Part shown: positions 13,110-27,605 of the stretch, piece by piece
Layout: every line of letters begins with the position of its first letter
Position numbering within the stretch: position 1 is the first letter of the stretch
Source of the DNA: the human T2T-CHM13v2.0 reference genome, Homo sapiens
Assembly: GCF_009914755.1 (NCBI RefSeq)
Contig: NC_060947.1
Reading direction: 5' to 3' (one strand)
Length of the DNA: 64,000 nucleotides
Translations under genes and position numbers: made by a program
The notes under the pieces: model-generated
Database searches by the model: none
Told to the model about the DNA's origin: nothing
What the model saw: the letters and a program-made list of their open reading frames with translations, nothing else

Positions 13110-14572
13110 TCCAATCCATTCATCAGTGGGACCAAATACAGAGCACTTTCTAACCGCAAATGAAGCAAGCCTAAACTATAAACTAAAAAATACAAAAACA
13201 CAGTTTGGGGATTCCAGTGGCTGATTTAAAGTACGCTATCTTCATTGAAAAAGAAAAACCTTCTTTTAAAAGTAACTATGGTAACAAGAGAGTGAGGCTA
13301 GAAGGAAGCTCACATTTTTTCGAAGGAGACAATTCACAAAAGGAGAGTCCTACTAAAGATGCAGTGTAAAAGAGTTTTTACAGTCTTGAATGGTCACTTA
13401 AAACGGTTATAAAAAGTTGAAAAGTAACATTGGCCAAAGAGGGCTGTATTTTAAACAACAGTATAGACAGAGCTGAATTTTCTCAACCAACCACAAAATA
13501 ACCCTGTAGCATTTGGATGCAAAATTCTGTCAGTCTTTGAGCTTCCCAAAGATTAACCAAGTTCTGTAACACACTATACAAAAGCATCTACAGTACTTAA
13601 AAGTATTAAACGGAAATAATCAGAGTGCCTGAACCACATTATAAAAAAAAATTCTTTGCTGCTAAAATGATACATCTAGAAAACTATTTTCTTTCCTGCT
13701 GTATATATGAATTATGAATGATATTCAACCACGGTAATGTATGCTTCAAGGTTAAAAAGTAGTCATCCAAATCCTTGACTATTTTTCAAAACAGAAGTTA
13801 GCAATTATTTTGGAGAAATCCTAGTGTAATTAGCCCACCACTTGCTAATTAATTTACTGATATTTAAATACATGTTGTTTTTAACTCACCCTTTCTAAGA
13901 GGAATACGTAATTGAAAACCATGGACTAACATTCAGAAAAAAAGTTACATAACAGCCAATAGTGTTCCTTAACCAGACTGACTGGGATATTACAATTACT
14001 ACAGAAAAGGCACAGCACATACGAGTAGCACTGTGTACACTGAAAGGTCATATTAGATGTACATATATGATAGTCTATTAACTTGGATGATTTAGCTCCT
14101 CAGGCTATGGAGGAGACTGGGTAGAGAGCCGAAAGATTCTGTATTACATAGACAGTTAATAATCAGGCTTTTCACACTTAGGAAAATCTATTTCTATATT
14201 ATTTAACATCTGTTTTAAACAATCACTTGTTAAATGTTTGAATGTTTTATTTGCTTGTTACCCTAGTGGTGATAAAGATTATTTCAATATGTTCAGTCTG
14301 ATTACAGTCACTGACAGATCCCCATGACAGCATGTGAAGATAGGTTATAGAAACGATGCATAGTTTATACAAAAAGCATAAATTGCTCCCCTTTCTCCAA
14401 AAACTTTATTTTTGGAGCCAAATACTGTCCATGCTCATGCTCCATTTGCTTAAAAGTACTTATAATTATAATCCACTGATTGTAGGGGAAAGAAATATTG
14501 CAAAACAGAGAAAGGGTTCTAAAAATCGTACGCAGGCAAGAAAGAATGTAAGACAAAACTCATTAAAGGGCA

Positions 14573-14575
14573 AAA

Positions 14576-14606
<31 letters not shown>

Positions 14607-14608
14607 AT
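14573..14608. repeat. (AAAT)n microsatellite
   Basis: About 9 copies of aaat. Confidence 0.95.
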
Positions 14609-15279
14609 GCTCACATTTTCAATAATTTATCACTTCTGTCATTTTTCATTAACAGCCTTCAAAGCCCTATCTGAAACAAGCTGATACAGAGAAATTAAGA
14701 GCAGTAATCAAGCGAGAAATCATAGACCAGCTGGGTCGACATCAACTTGGCAAAACGTGAATACAGTTCAATAGCTGAAACAGATGCTAGAGTTGTTGAA
14801 AAACCCTGCAGGAGATATTGATATATTTTCTTCATATAATGCAGAATGACTGAATAAATGTCAAAAGCTAGAAATTGATGAGGAGAAATGACTGACAGCC
14901 AAACTCCTTATAAAATAGAAACCAAGTATAACAATTTTCAACCTATCCAAACATTCTGTACATTCTCATTTCTCTCACTGTCTGAATATGCCAATACATC
15001 AATCAGTTCTTGCAACTAAATTGCATATAACTAATCTGGGGTAGATTTCCCCGAAGATTTTTTTCCCCCTGTCATCATCTACCTGAAGAAACCTAGACTC
15101 CTGAACAATACTTTATTCTAAAATCTTCTAACACTGATTTCTATCCCAGAAGTGTTTTCCTGAGGTTGGAGGCAAGCACACCCCCTCCCCAAAATCTAAC
15201 GCAGCACAAGGCAATTTTAAAATCCATTCTGTAAAAGCAACACTGTTTGCAGAGTTTGAAGAGCTCGGCAACAAACCCC

Positions 15280-15790
15280 AGCTACCAACAGCTGCTTGTT
15301 CAAACATATGCTTTGTCATGGCCAGCTTCTAATTGTATTTGTAATGATGTAATAGCTTTAATAATCCTACCTTCCATGCCAGCTGTTTTTCCTGTCACTC
15401 CATCATGCCAATAAGTTGGCTGCTGTAACAAATCAAGATAGTGCAAAACAGCATCTTTCTCCTGATTCTGTCATCTTCCTGAAAGCATTCTATTACTGCC
15501 GACTGCTGGGAACCAGAAAGTCTATTTGAATTCCAACAGCTCCCCTTTCGCATGATTCAAGTTAGGTTAGGTGGGCATGCCTAACATGATTCTTTCAGTC
15601 ATTTATTATGCAGCTGCTACAACGTCGGTGTGGTAACCACTCTGACTATCTGATACGTCAGTCGAACAAAACCTATACCTCGGAGCAAACACATGAGCCA
15701 GAGCAGCGTTTGCATTTAACGAGCATTCTTCCTGCCTAAAAAACAGTGGATCTGCAAATCTCTTTCAGTATCTACTCGCTCTTCTGTACA
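15280..15790. promoter_or_regulatory. Candidate enhancer / conserved non-coding element
   Basis: Repeat-free, locally CpG-retaining; three CAGCTG E-boxes (15289, 15380, 15611), TGTGGT, adjacent palindromes. Confidence 0.35.
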
Positions 15791-16623
15791 GATGCAAAGC
15801 CTTTGGATTAGATTATTTTCCTAAGTGTAACAATAGTAGAGTTCCTCGCCAAACATCATATTATTCACACTGAAATTTTGGCTGATTTTTACTTATCTTC
15901 ACAGCCTTTTAAGGGTAAAAACTCTCTTCTGAATTGTACTTTTGCAATAAGATGTTGTGTGCTCAGCTCCACATTTCTGCGTTGTAAAATATAGCATGCA
16001 CTTTCTCAAATGGAATTTGCCTCTTGTGACTCTATAGCAAATTTTCAAATAAGAGGATATTTCAAGAAAATATTATTTATTTTGCACACTGGAGATATTT
16101 AAAGTCTGGCACCCTGTATGCTTCTCCCAAGGGTAGACTTTATACTTGATATTTTGACTTTAGATGAGTGATTTCTTCACAAAGTAAGAAATTAGATTAG
16201 CTGAATCTCTTACACAACTTCTTTAACAAGTAAATAAATGCTATTCAGGAAAATGCATTTTGTATTTTAAAAATACTAATCGTGAATCAGTATTTGTTAA
16301 AAGAAACTGTAATTGTTATCAATTATACCGTATAATTTTCTCTAAAACTTCCAAGTTTGCCTGTCTTGGGGGCACTTATGGTTTGAAATTATAACACAAG
16401 AAAGTTTAAGTGTTTTCATGAGAAAAATTAATAAAATCATATGTTTCCTCTCAGATTTGTATTAGGTATTTAGTTTGTTAGGAAAGCTATCCCCCCTACC
16501 ACAAAAAGTAAACAGACAGCTGGTTTCATAGTTACATTATGAAACTATAAGGAATAACTCATTTAGCATATGTGAAATATGCCAATATCGCTATTCTGAA
16601 ATAGTGTTTTCCTAAGGGGTTAT

Positions 16624-16624
<1 letters not shown>

Positions 16625-16655
<31 letters not shown>
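16625..16655. repeat. (GT)15 microsatellite
   Basis: Direct observation. Confidence 0.95.
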
Positions 16656-16657
<2 letters not shown>

Positions 16658-17004
16658 TTGTGTGCAAGTACTCATACATTTTAGCTATTCTACTTCCATT
16701 TGATTTTTGTATAACAAACACAAATAATCCCTATATATCAAGATATACACAACAATCAGTAACTTATAGTTTATTAGATATAATTTATAAATGCAAGAAA
16801 TAAACCTGAAAGATAAGTTGAGTCCATATGAATCCACCAAGATTTCTCTAAAATAATATACATATCATTCCACACAACTCTGAAAATACTGGTATATCAA
16901 TTACTGCTATTTTACATAAAAAGTCTTCGGTGATTAGCATATCTATTTTAGAGATTGAGAATAGCATAAATGCCATGTGTTTTTTTTGTTGTATTCTTGG
17001 CTTC

Positions 17005-17160
17005 TACTAGCCTCTCCAGCTTAAACTCTTGCCTCTCTTCCTCTTTATACTTTATTCCAGCCACAATGGACTTCTATTTTTTCTTCTAAAATGCTGGACT
17101 CCTTCCTGTTTCAGATATTTTCCGTATTCTGTTTCATCTATTCATAAGTCTGTCTTGAGG
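17005..17160 (+). mobile_element. L2 fragment (left part, resumes near 25370)
   Basis: ctctccagc...ccagccacaatggacttct...ctccttcctg, pyrimidine-rich L2 sense. Confidence 0.55.
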
Positions 17161-18967
17161 CTTGTGAAAATTAATTTTTTGTAAAAATGTATACAAGTTG
17201 TACAACATGTTTCAATATACATATAGTGAAATGATTACTACAGTAAAAGTAATTAACATATCCATCCTCTTACATGGTTACCCTTTTTTTGTGTATTTGG
17301 TGATAACACTCAAGATTACTCTCTTAGTGCATACTGTAGTGTTATTAACTATAGCCCCTATCCTGCACATTAGATCTCTAGAACTTATTCATCCTGATAA
17401 TGAAAACTCTGTGTCCTTTGACCAATATCTTCCCATTCTCCCCCTCCCTCTGCCCTTGGTAACAATCAATCTACCCTCTGCTTCTTTATAGCTGACTGTT
17501 CAGATTTTACATGTAAGTGAGATCATGCAGTATTATTCTTCCTATGCCTGGCTTATTTCACTTAGCGTAATGTTCTTCAGGTTCACCCACATTATCACAA
17601 ATAGCAGGATTTCCTTCCTTTGTAGGCTAAATATTATTTCATTATATTTACATATATCACAATTTCTTTATTAATTTATCTGTTGATGTACACTCAGGTT
17701 GTTTTCATGCCTTGGCTATTGTGAATAACTCTGCACTGAACATGGGAGTGCAGATATCTCATCTAGATACTGATTTCATTTCCTTTTTATATATACCCAA
17801 AAGAGTGGTAATTTGATCCTAGGGCATTCGTATTTTAACTTTTTGAGGAATCTCCATACTGTTTTCCATAATGGCTATACAAATTTACATTCCCGCCAAC
17901 AATGTATAAGGATTCCCTTTTATCCACATTCTTGCCAAAACTTGTTATTTTTTTTATCTTTTTGATAATAGCCATCCTAACAAGTTTGAGGTGATATTTC
18001 ACTGTTGCTTTAATTTGCATTTCCTTGATGATTAGCGCTTTTGAGAATCTTTTCATATACCTGTTGGCCATTTGCATGTCTTCTTTGGAGAACTGTCTAT
18101 TCAGGGGCTTTGACCATTTTTAATCAGATTTTTTGTTTTTTGTTTGTGTGTTTTGCTTGAGCTCTGAGTTCCTCATATATTTTGGATGAAAGCTGCATAT
18201 TGGTCATATGGTTTGCTAATATATTCTCCCATTCCACAGTTGTCTCTTCACTCTGTTAATTGTTTCCTATGCTGTACAGAAGGTTTATGGTTTGCCGTAG
18301 TACAACTTGTTTAATTTTGATTTTACTGTCTGTGCTTTTCATGTCATATCTAAAAAATCATTGCCAAGACCAATTTCGAGAATTTATTTTTTCATGCACT
18401 TTCTTCTAGGAATTTTGTAGTTTCAGGTCTTACATTTAATTCTTTAATCAATTTTTAGCTGACTTTTGTTGTGTGATGTAAGGGTCCAATTTTATTCTTT
18501 AGCATGTGTATATCCAGTTTTTCAAACACCATTTATTAAAGAGAATATCCTTTCCTCATAGTGTACTCTTGTTGCCCTTCTCAAAATTTAGTTGACCATA
18601 TATGAATGGGTTTATTTATGGGCCCTCCATTCTGTTGCATTGGTCTATATGTCTGCTTTTATGCCAGTACTATATTATTTTGATTACTAAAGCTTTGTCA
18701 TATAATTCAAAATCAGGAAGTGTGATACCTCCAATGTTGCTTATCCTTCTCAAGATTGCTTTGGCTATTCTCTTTCTTTTGTTGTTTCATTTGAATTTTA
18801 GATTTTTTTTAAATCTATGAAAAATGCTATTGGCATTTTGATAGAGGTTGTGCTGAATCTGTAAATTGCTTTGAGTAGCATGGACATTTTAACAATATTA
18901 ATCCTTCTAGTCCATGAACACAGAACATACACCCATTTATTTGCGTCTTTTAAAATTTCTTAAATCA

Positions 18968-19278
<311 letters not shown>

Positions 19279-19381
19279 TCAATGCTTTGTAGTTTTCACT
19301 GTATAAATATTTCACCATTTTAGTTAAATTTATTCCTCTTTTATTCTTCCTGATGATACTGTAAATGAAATTGTTTTCTAA

Positions 19382-19414
19382 GTGCCATTAACAGATAAAT
19401 GGATAAAAAAGTGG

Positions 19415-19446
<32 letters not shown>

Positions 19447-19950
19447 ACGGAACACACAACGGAATATTCATTTATATAAAAAAAACTTACCATTTGCAAC
19501 AACATGGATAGAACTGAAGGACATTTTGTTAAGTGAAATAAGCCAGGCACAGAAAGACAAATATTACACGTTCTCACTCATATGTGGGAGCTAAAATAAT
19601 TGATCTCATGGAGGTAGTGAGTACAATAGTGGTTACGAGCGTCTGAGAAGGGAAGTGAAGAGAAGGGGATGAAGAGAGGATAGTTAATGGGTACAATACA
19701 AAAGTACAGTTAGATAAAAGAAATAAATTCTAGTGTTTGAGAGCATAGTAGGGCAGCTATAGTTAACATGAATTTATAGTATATTTCAAATTGCCAGAAG
19801 AGAAGATTTGGAATGTTCCCATTACAAAGAAATGATAAATATTTGAGATGATGGACATCCTAATCACCTTGATTCGATCATTACACATTGTATGTATATA
19901 TTGGAATATCACATGTACCCCATAAATGTGTAATGTATCAATAAAAAGCT
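19382..19950 (+). mobile_element. L1MA4-like 3' fragment nested in L1MA9
   Basis: ggatagttaatgggtaca...acagttagataaaagaaataaattctagtg...gaagatttggaatgttccc...cacatgtaccccataaat. Confidence 0.8.
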
Positions 19951-21594
19951 AAATCTAAACATTTTATTGATTTCCTTTTCAAAATGAAATCAACTGATTT
20001 CATTTTTAGAGAAAAGAAATGCTACCAATATTTGTATGTTGATTTTGTATCTAGCAATTTTACTGAATTCATTGATTAGTTCTGACAAATTTTTAATGAA
20101 ATCATTAGGGCTTTCTACATATAGAATCGTGGCATCTACAAACAGATAATTTTACTTCTTCCTTTCCAATTCCACTGCCTTTTATTTCTTTCTCTTGCCT
20201 AATTGCTCTGACTAGGACTTCCAATACTATGTTGAACAGAAGTGTTGATCATGGGAATCCCTGCATTGTACCAGATCTTAGAGGAAAAGCTTTCAATTTT
20301 TTCCCCGTTGGTTACAATGTTAGCTATGAGTTTTTCATAAATGGCCTTTATTATGTTGATGCAAGATCATTCTACACTTATTTTGTTGACAGTTTTCAAT
20401 TTACCCATGAATACATGTTGAACTTTTTCAAATGGTTTTTTCTGCATCTATTAAGATGGTCATGTGGTTCTTGTCTTTTACTCCGTTTATGTGATATATC
20501 ACATTGATTGATTTGCATGCCATACCAACCTTGCATCTTGGAGATAAATCCCACCTGATCATGGTATATAATCCTTTTGATGTACTGTTGAATTTGTTTT
20601 GCTAGTATTTTATTGAGGATTTTTGGATCTATACACATCAGAGTTACCCTCCTGTAGTGTTCTTTTATTGTGGTATCTTTGCCTGGCTTTGGTGCCAGTG
20701 TGATTCTGGCTTCATAAAATGAGTTTGGAAGTGTTTCCTCTTCTCATTTTTTTTTTTTTTTTTTTTTGCAAGAGTTAAAGAAGAATTGGTATTAATTATT
20801 TTTGAATGTTTGATAGAATAAATCTGTGAAGGTATCTGGTCCAGTGGTTTTCTTTGTTGAGAAATTTTTCATTACTGCTTCAATCTCTTTGTTAATGGTC
20901 TGTTCAGACTTTCTATTTCTTCTTGATTCAGCCTTAGTAAGTTGTACGTTTCCAGGAATTTATCAATTTCTAGACTATCTGATTTTTTAAGACATAGCTG
21001 CTCATAATAGATCCTGATGATCCTTATTACTTCTGAGGCATCAGCTATAACGTCTCCCCATTCTTTATTTCAGTCTTTCTTTTATTCTTAGTATATATAA
21101 GGGTTTGCTGATTTTATCTTTTCAAAAAACCAACCGTTAGTTTTTATTTTTTATATTGTTTTTCTATTCTCTATTTGACTTACTTCTGCTCCAATCATTA
21201 TTATTTACTTCCTTATACTAACTTTGGGCTTAGTGTCTTCTTTCTCTTCTAGTTCCTTGAGGCATAATGGTAGATTGCTGATTTAAAATCATTCTTTTTA
21301 AATGTATATGTTTAGAGCTATAAACGTCCTCCTCAGTACTGTTTTTTCTGCATTCCATAAGTTTTGATATCTTTTTAACATTATTTTTTGTCTGAAGATA
21401 TTTCTTAAATACTCTTCTAATTTTCTCTTTGACACAATGGTTGCTCAAGAGTGTGTGGCTTAGTTTCTATGTATTAGTCTATTTTCCCATTCTCTTGCTG
21501 TTACTGATGTCCAGTTTCATTCCACTGTGGTCAGAAAAGATACTTGGTGTGATTTTTATATGCTTAAATTTATTTATTAAGAGTTATATTGTGA

Positions 21595-23610
21595 GCATGC
21601 CCTCTTTAATCAATTCTGTTCAACATAGCACCGGAAGTCCTAGTCAGAGCAATCAGACAAGAGAAAAAAATGAGTGGCAAACAAATTGGAAAAGAAGTCA
21701 AACTGTTGTTGTATGCTGATAATATCATGTACCTAGAAAACCCTGATAAACAAATTCAGTAAAATTTCAGGATACAAAATCAATGTACACAAATCAATAG
21801 CACTGCTACACACCAACAATGACCAAGCTGAGAATCAAATCAAGAATCCAACCCCTTTTACAACAGCTGCAAAAAAAAAAAAAAGCAAAATGCCTAGAAA
21901 TAAACTTAACCAAAGAGGTAAAAGTTATCTACAAGGAAATATGCAAAGCACTGCTGAAAGAAATCATAGATGGCACAAACAAATTGAAACATCCCATGCT
22001 CATGGACAGGAAGAATCAACATTGTGGAAATGACTATACAGCCAAAAGCAATCTGCAGATTCAGTACAATCCCATCAAAATACCATCATCATTCTTCACA
22101 GAACTAGAAAAAAATCCTAAAATTCATATTGAACAAAAAAAAAGAGCCCACAAAGCCAAAGCAATAGTAAGCAAAAAGAACAAATCTGGAGGCATCACAT
22201 TACCCAACTTCAAATTACACTATGTGGCTACAGTTACCAAAACAATGGTAGTGGTATGAAAATAGGCACGTAGACCAATGGAACAGAACAGAGAACCTAG
22301 AAATGAAGCCAAATACTTATAGCCAACTGATCTTTGACAAAGCTTATAAAAGCATAAATTGGGGAAGGGACACCCTATTCAATAAATAGTGCTGGGAAAA
22401 CTAGTAAACCACATGTAGAAGAATGAAACTGGATCCTTATCTCTCACCTTATACAAAAATCAACTCAAGATGAATCAAAGACTTAAATCTAAGACCTTAA
22501 AGTATAAAAATTCTAGAACATAACATCAGAAAAACTCTTCTGGGCATTAGCTTAGGCAAATAATTCATAACTAAGGCCCCCAAAGCAAATGCAACAAAAA
22601 CAAAAATAAGTAAATTAGACCCAATTAAACTAAAAAGCTTCTGTATAGCAAAAGAAATAATCAGCAGAGTAAAGAGACAACCCATAGAGTGGGAGAAAAT
22701 CTTTTCAAGCTCTGCATCCGACAAAGGACTAGTATCCAGAGTCTATGAGGAACTCAAATCAGCAAGAAAAAAAAGTCTCATCAGAAAGTTATCAAAGGAC
22801 ATGAATAGACATTTCTCAAAAGGAGATATACAAACAGTCAACAAATACATGAGGAAATGCTCAACATCACTAATTATCAGGGAAATGCAAATTAAAACCA
22901 CAATGAGCTGCCACCTTATTTCTAAAAGAATGACCATAATTAAAAAGTCGAAAAACAATAAATGCTGGCATGGATGTGGTGAAAAGGGAACACTTTTAAA
23001 CTCCTGGTGGGAAAAGAAATTAGTACAACCATTATGTAAAACAGTATGGAGATTCCTTAAAGAACTAAAGTAGAACTAACATTTCATTCACCAATCCCAC
23101 TACTGGGTATCTACCCAAAGGAAAAGAAGTCACTATATGAAAAAGACACATGTGCAGACATGTTTATAGCAGCACAATTCACAATTGCAAAGATATGAAA
23201 CCAACTAAGTGCCCATCAACCGAGTGGATAAAGAAAATGTATATATACACCATGGAATACTATTCACCCACACAAAGGAATGAAATAATGGCCTTCGCAG
23301 CAACTTGGATGGAGCTGGAGGCCATTATTCTAAGTGAAGTGACTCAGGAATAGAAAACCAAATATAGTATGTTCTTACTTATAAGTGGGAGGTAAGCTAT
23401 TAGGACACAAAGGCATAAGAATGATGTAATGGACTTTGGGAACTTAGTGGGGAACGTTGGGAGGGGATTGAGGGGTAAAAGACTACATATTGGGTACAGT
23501 GAGCATTGCTTGGGTGATGGGTGCACTAAAATCTCAGAAATCACCACTAAATAACTTATGCATGTAGCCAAAACCCACCTGTACCCCAAAAATAATTGAA
23601 ATAAAAAAAA
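21595..23610 (+). mobile_element. L1PB1, 5'-truncated, nested in L1MA9
   Basis: Degraded ORF2 C-terminal half (ORFs 21819, 22801) plus the L1PB1 3'UTR (aaaggcataagaatgat...aaaagactacatattgggtacagtg); TSD aagagttatattgtga / aaaagttgtgttgtga. Confidence 0.9.
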
Positions 23611-23994
23611 GTTGTGTTGTGACTTAACATGTAATCTATCCTGGAGAATGTTGTGTGTGTGTGTTTGAGAAGAATGTGTTTTCTCCTACTGTTGGATGGA
23701 ATGTTCTATGTATGTCTGTCGGTCCATTTATTCTCTAATTTTGTTCAAGTACACTCTTTATTAATTTTCCATATGAATGTTCTGTACGTTATTAAAAGTA
23801 GGATATTGAAGTCTCTTACTAATATTGTTTTGCTGTATATTTCTCCTTTCAGATCTGTCAGTATATGCTTCATATACTTAGGTGCTCTGACAGTGAGTGC
23901 ATATAGATTTGCTCTTGTTATATCTTTCAGTTGATTTCACCCTTTTATTATTATATAATAACAGTCTTTCTCTAGAGTTTTTGTTTAAACTTAA

Positions 23995-24485
<491 letters not shown>

Positions 24486-24556
24486 TGATTGGGGAGTATA
24501 ATCCACATTTATTTAAAGTAATTATTGATCAGAAATGACTTGATATTGCCATTTTG

Positions 24557-24815
<259 letters not shown>

Positions 24816-25369
24816 TGATTCTTTCCTTTTTTTCTTTTATGTAACAATGATAGGCTTTTTCTTTGTGGTTACCATGGAGTTTACATAAAATATCTTATAA
24901 TAATCTATATTCAGCTGATAGCAGTTTAACTTCATGTACACACAACAACTCCAGACTTTTACCTCTCCTTCCCCATTTTATGCCAGTGATAAAACAATTT
25001 TCTTGTATTTATTTTATGTATCCATTAATGTTATCTATTTATGGTTATTTTTAATACTTTTGACTTTTAACTTTTATAGTATAATTAAAACAATTTACCC
25101 AACACTGTTATAGTAATACAGTATTCTGTTTTTCTCTATGTATTTACATTTACCAATGGGTTTTATACTTTCATATGCTCTAGTGTTACTGTTTAGTGTC
25201 TGTTAATTTCAATTTGAAGAACTCCCTTTAGTATTTCTTATAAGGCAGTTCTAGTGCTGCAGGACACCCTCAGCTTTTGCTTGTCCAAGAAAATCTCTTG
25301 CCATCGTTTTTGAAGGACAAGTTTGCTAAATATAGTATTTTTGGTAGACAGTTTTCTTTCTCTTCTGGC

Positions 25370-25950
25370 TTGCAGCTTCCCCTCACGTTTGTCTACCTTC
25401 CATCCAATCTTTAGGTATAATCTTGAAATATAATTTTCTGTGCGAGGCATTATTGATCCCCAGATAAAATTATATTCTGCTACGCAATTTCACAGCACCT
25501 TGTATTTCCTCTATCTTCATAATAGTAATGGCATATACTATACAACATGGGGGAATAGGCACTGTTATAAAATTATATACGCACAAAACATATGTGTGTG
25601 TGTGTGTCACTTTGTCTATCCATCCGTCTACCTATCTACTTATCCATAATTCATTTATATATTCTCATTAAATCCTTACTCTGAACCTATGAGGGCGACT
25701 CTTACATGCATTTTATAGATAAGGAAACTGAGGCACAAAAAACTTTAAAAAGTTGGCCAAGTCTACCTTCTCAGCACAGTAGGCAGCAAGTCAGTCTTGT
25801 AAAAACCTGGCCAGGCCACACAACTTTATTTAATTGTTTGTATTTCCTGGTATACTATCAGTTCTCGAAACTGGATATTATGTTTGTCTTGTTAATTGCT
25901 AAATCCTAATGTCTAGGATGGTACCCGAAAAGTTGTGTTTCATGAATTCA
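25370..25950 (+). mobile_element. L2 fragment (right part) with a nested antisense MIR at about 25650-25800
   Basis: L2 sense motifs resume after the L1; MIR cattttatagataaggaaactgaggcaca. Confidence 0.55.
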
Positions 25951-26049
25951 CTTATCCAGTAGAACTTGCTTTATGAAATGTTCTGTACTAAGCACTGTTG
26001 ATATGGAGATGATTAAAATAAACATGGATTCTGTGTTGCTGGCATTTGT

Positions 26050-26556
26050 GAACTAGTACTAAACTCAGGTCCAAGGGTTCATAGACAGAACTGAGAAATG
26101 TTCATTGGGATGAAAGAAATACTACATCTTTATTTTCATCAATGTCTCATTAAAATGTAGCAGTATTTTTATTTATTTTTGTAGGTTATAAACCATAGTA
26201 GTATTAGAAGTACCTGTGACTTTTGTTACTAAAAGGAGTAACAAATATTTCATATCATTTTATAGAAGCTGTATAAATCTTAAAATATTTTTACATTCAT
26301 GACTACTTTGGCATTATGGTTGTTATTAAGCCCACAAATATATATTGTTATTTAATGTGTTAATAAAGAAGTATGCATATTATTATATTACAACTTTTAA
26401 ATCTTTAGAAAACCGTATTTCGATACAACTAGTTTCTGTTGTAATCCTAAATGTTTTATCTTGCATATGTAATAAAATTCAGACACACTTCACAAGATGT
26501 GAAAGGCTTTAAAGGAACAGGTCTTTAAATTTCACCACATGTCAAAGAATCCCTGG
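26050..26556. mobile_element. MER113 hAT-Charlie DNA transposon
   Basis: tacatctttattttca...agtagtattagaagtacctgtgactttt...gttatttaatgtgttaataaagaag...ends aagaatccctg. Confidence 0.75.
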
Positions 26557-26617
26557 TTTAGGGGATAGGAGAATATAGCATTTTAGAATCCCTGGTCTAG
26601 GGGATAGGAGAATATAG
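26546..26617. repeat. 39-bp tandem duplication
   Basis: agaatccctggt(t/c)taggggataggagaatatag at 26546 and 26585. Confidence 0.9.
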
Positions 26618-26629
26618 TGTATTTTTAAT

Positions 26630-26843
26630 AGCACTGTCTCCATAGTCAGACTACTTGGGTTCAAATTATTGATAGGTGACTTACAATTGATGTGTTCTAT
26701 GGCAAGTTACTTAACCTCAGTTTATTCTTCTGTAAAATAGGAATAATAATTGCTCCTTTGCATTCTTGTGATAATACATTAAGAAAATGATTGTAAAATA
26801 CTTAGTATAATGCCTGACATCTATTTCACTTTTAATAAATGTT
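26630..26843 (+). mobile_element. MIR
   Basis: agtcagactacttgggttcaaat...ggcaagttacttaacctcag...ctgtaaaataggaataataa...aatgcctgaca. Confidence 0.8.
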
Positions 26844-26911
26844 ACATATCATTAGCAAGAGAGTTAGATACTAAAGGGTTATGAAAAATAAGATTATAAA
26901 AAGAAATACAA

Positions 26912-27521
26912 AGTATTAACAAAGATTTTTGGAACTGGAACTCATATACACTACTGATGGAAATGTAAAATGGTAAAAAACTACTCTGAAAAATAGTTTG
27001 GCAATTTTTGAGAAACCTAAACGTATACATACTGTAAGAGTCATGCTTCCTACTTGAAATGAAAGCATATGCCCATACAGATTTATCCAAGAGAAAAAGA
27101 AAGCATTAGCCACCATAAAAGCTTATACATGAATTTTCATAGCAGCTATATTTGTAATAACCCTAACTGAAAATGACCCACATGTTTACCAATGTCTAAC
27201 TGGATAAATAATTGTAGTATATCTATATAATGTAATGCTACTTTGCCATGGAAAGGACTGGAAACTTGATGCATTTAACCATGTAAATAAATTGCAAAAC
27301 AATGATACTAACTGAAGGAAGCCAAACAAAAAGAGTACATACCGTATGCTTTCATTCATACAAAACTCTAGAAAATGTAAATATATCTGCAGTGACAATA
27401 AGCATATCAGTGGCTGCCTAGGGAAGGTGGGGGTGATAGATGAGGAGGAGGAGCTACAAAAGGGAAACTTTTTGGATAATAGATATATTTACTATCTTTG
27501 TTGTAGTGATGGTTTCATGTA

Positions 27522-27558
<37 letters not shown>

Positions 27559-27605
27559 CATTTTAAATATGTATGGTTTATTGTATGTAAGTTATACCTA
27601 AAAAA
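26912..27605 (+). mobile_element. L1ME1/2-like 3' fragment
   Basis: gaactggaactcatatacact...aaactctagaaaatgtaaa...atcagtggctgcctaggg; internal (TG)n(TA)n. Confidence 0.75.

Noticed and set aside
21819-23353. ORFs resembling L1 ORF2p C-terminus
   Set aside because: Frameshifted, stop-ridden remnants of an L1PB1, not a host gene.
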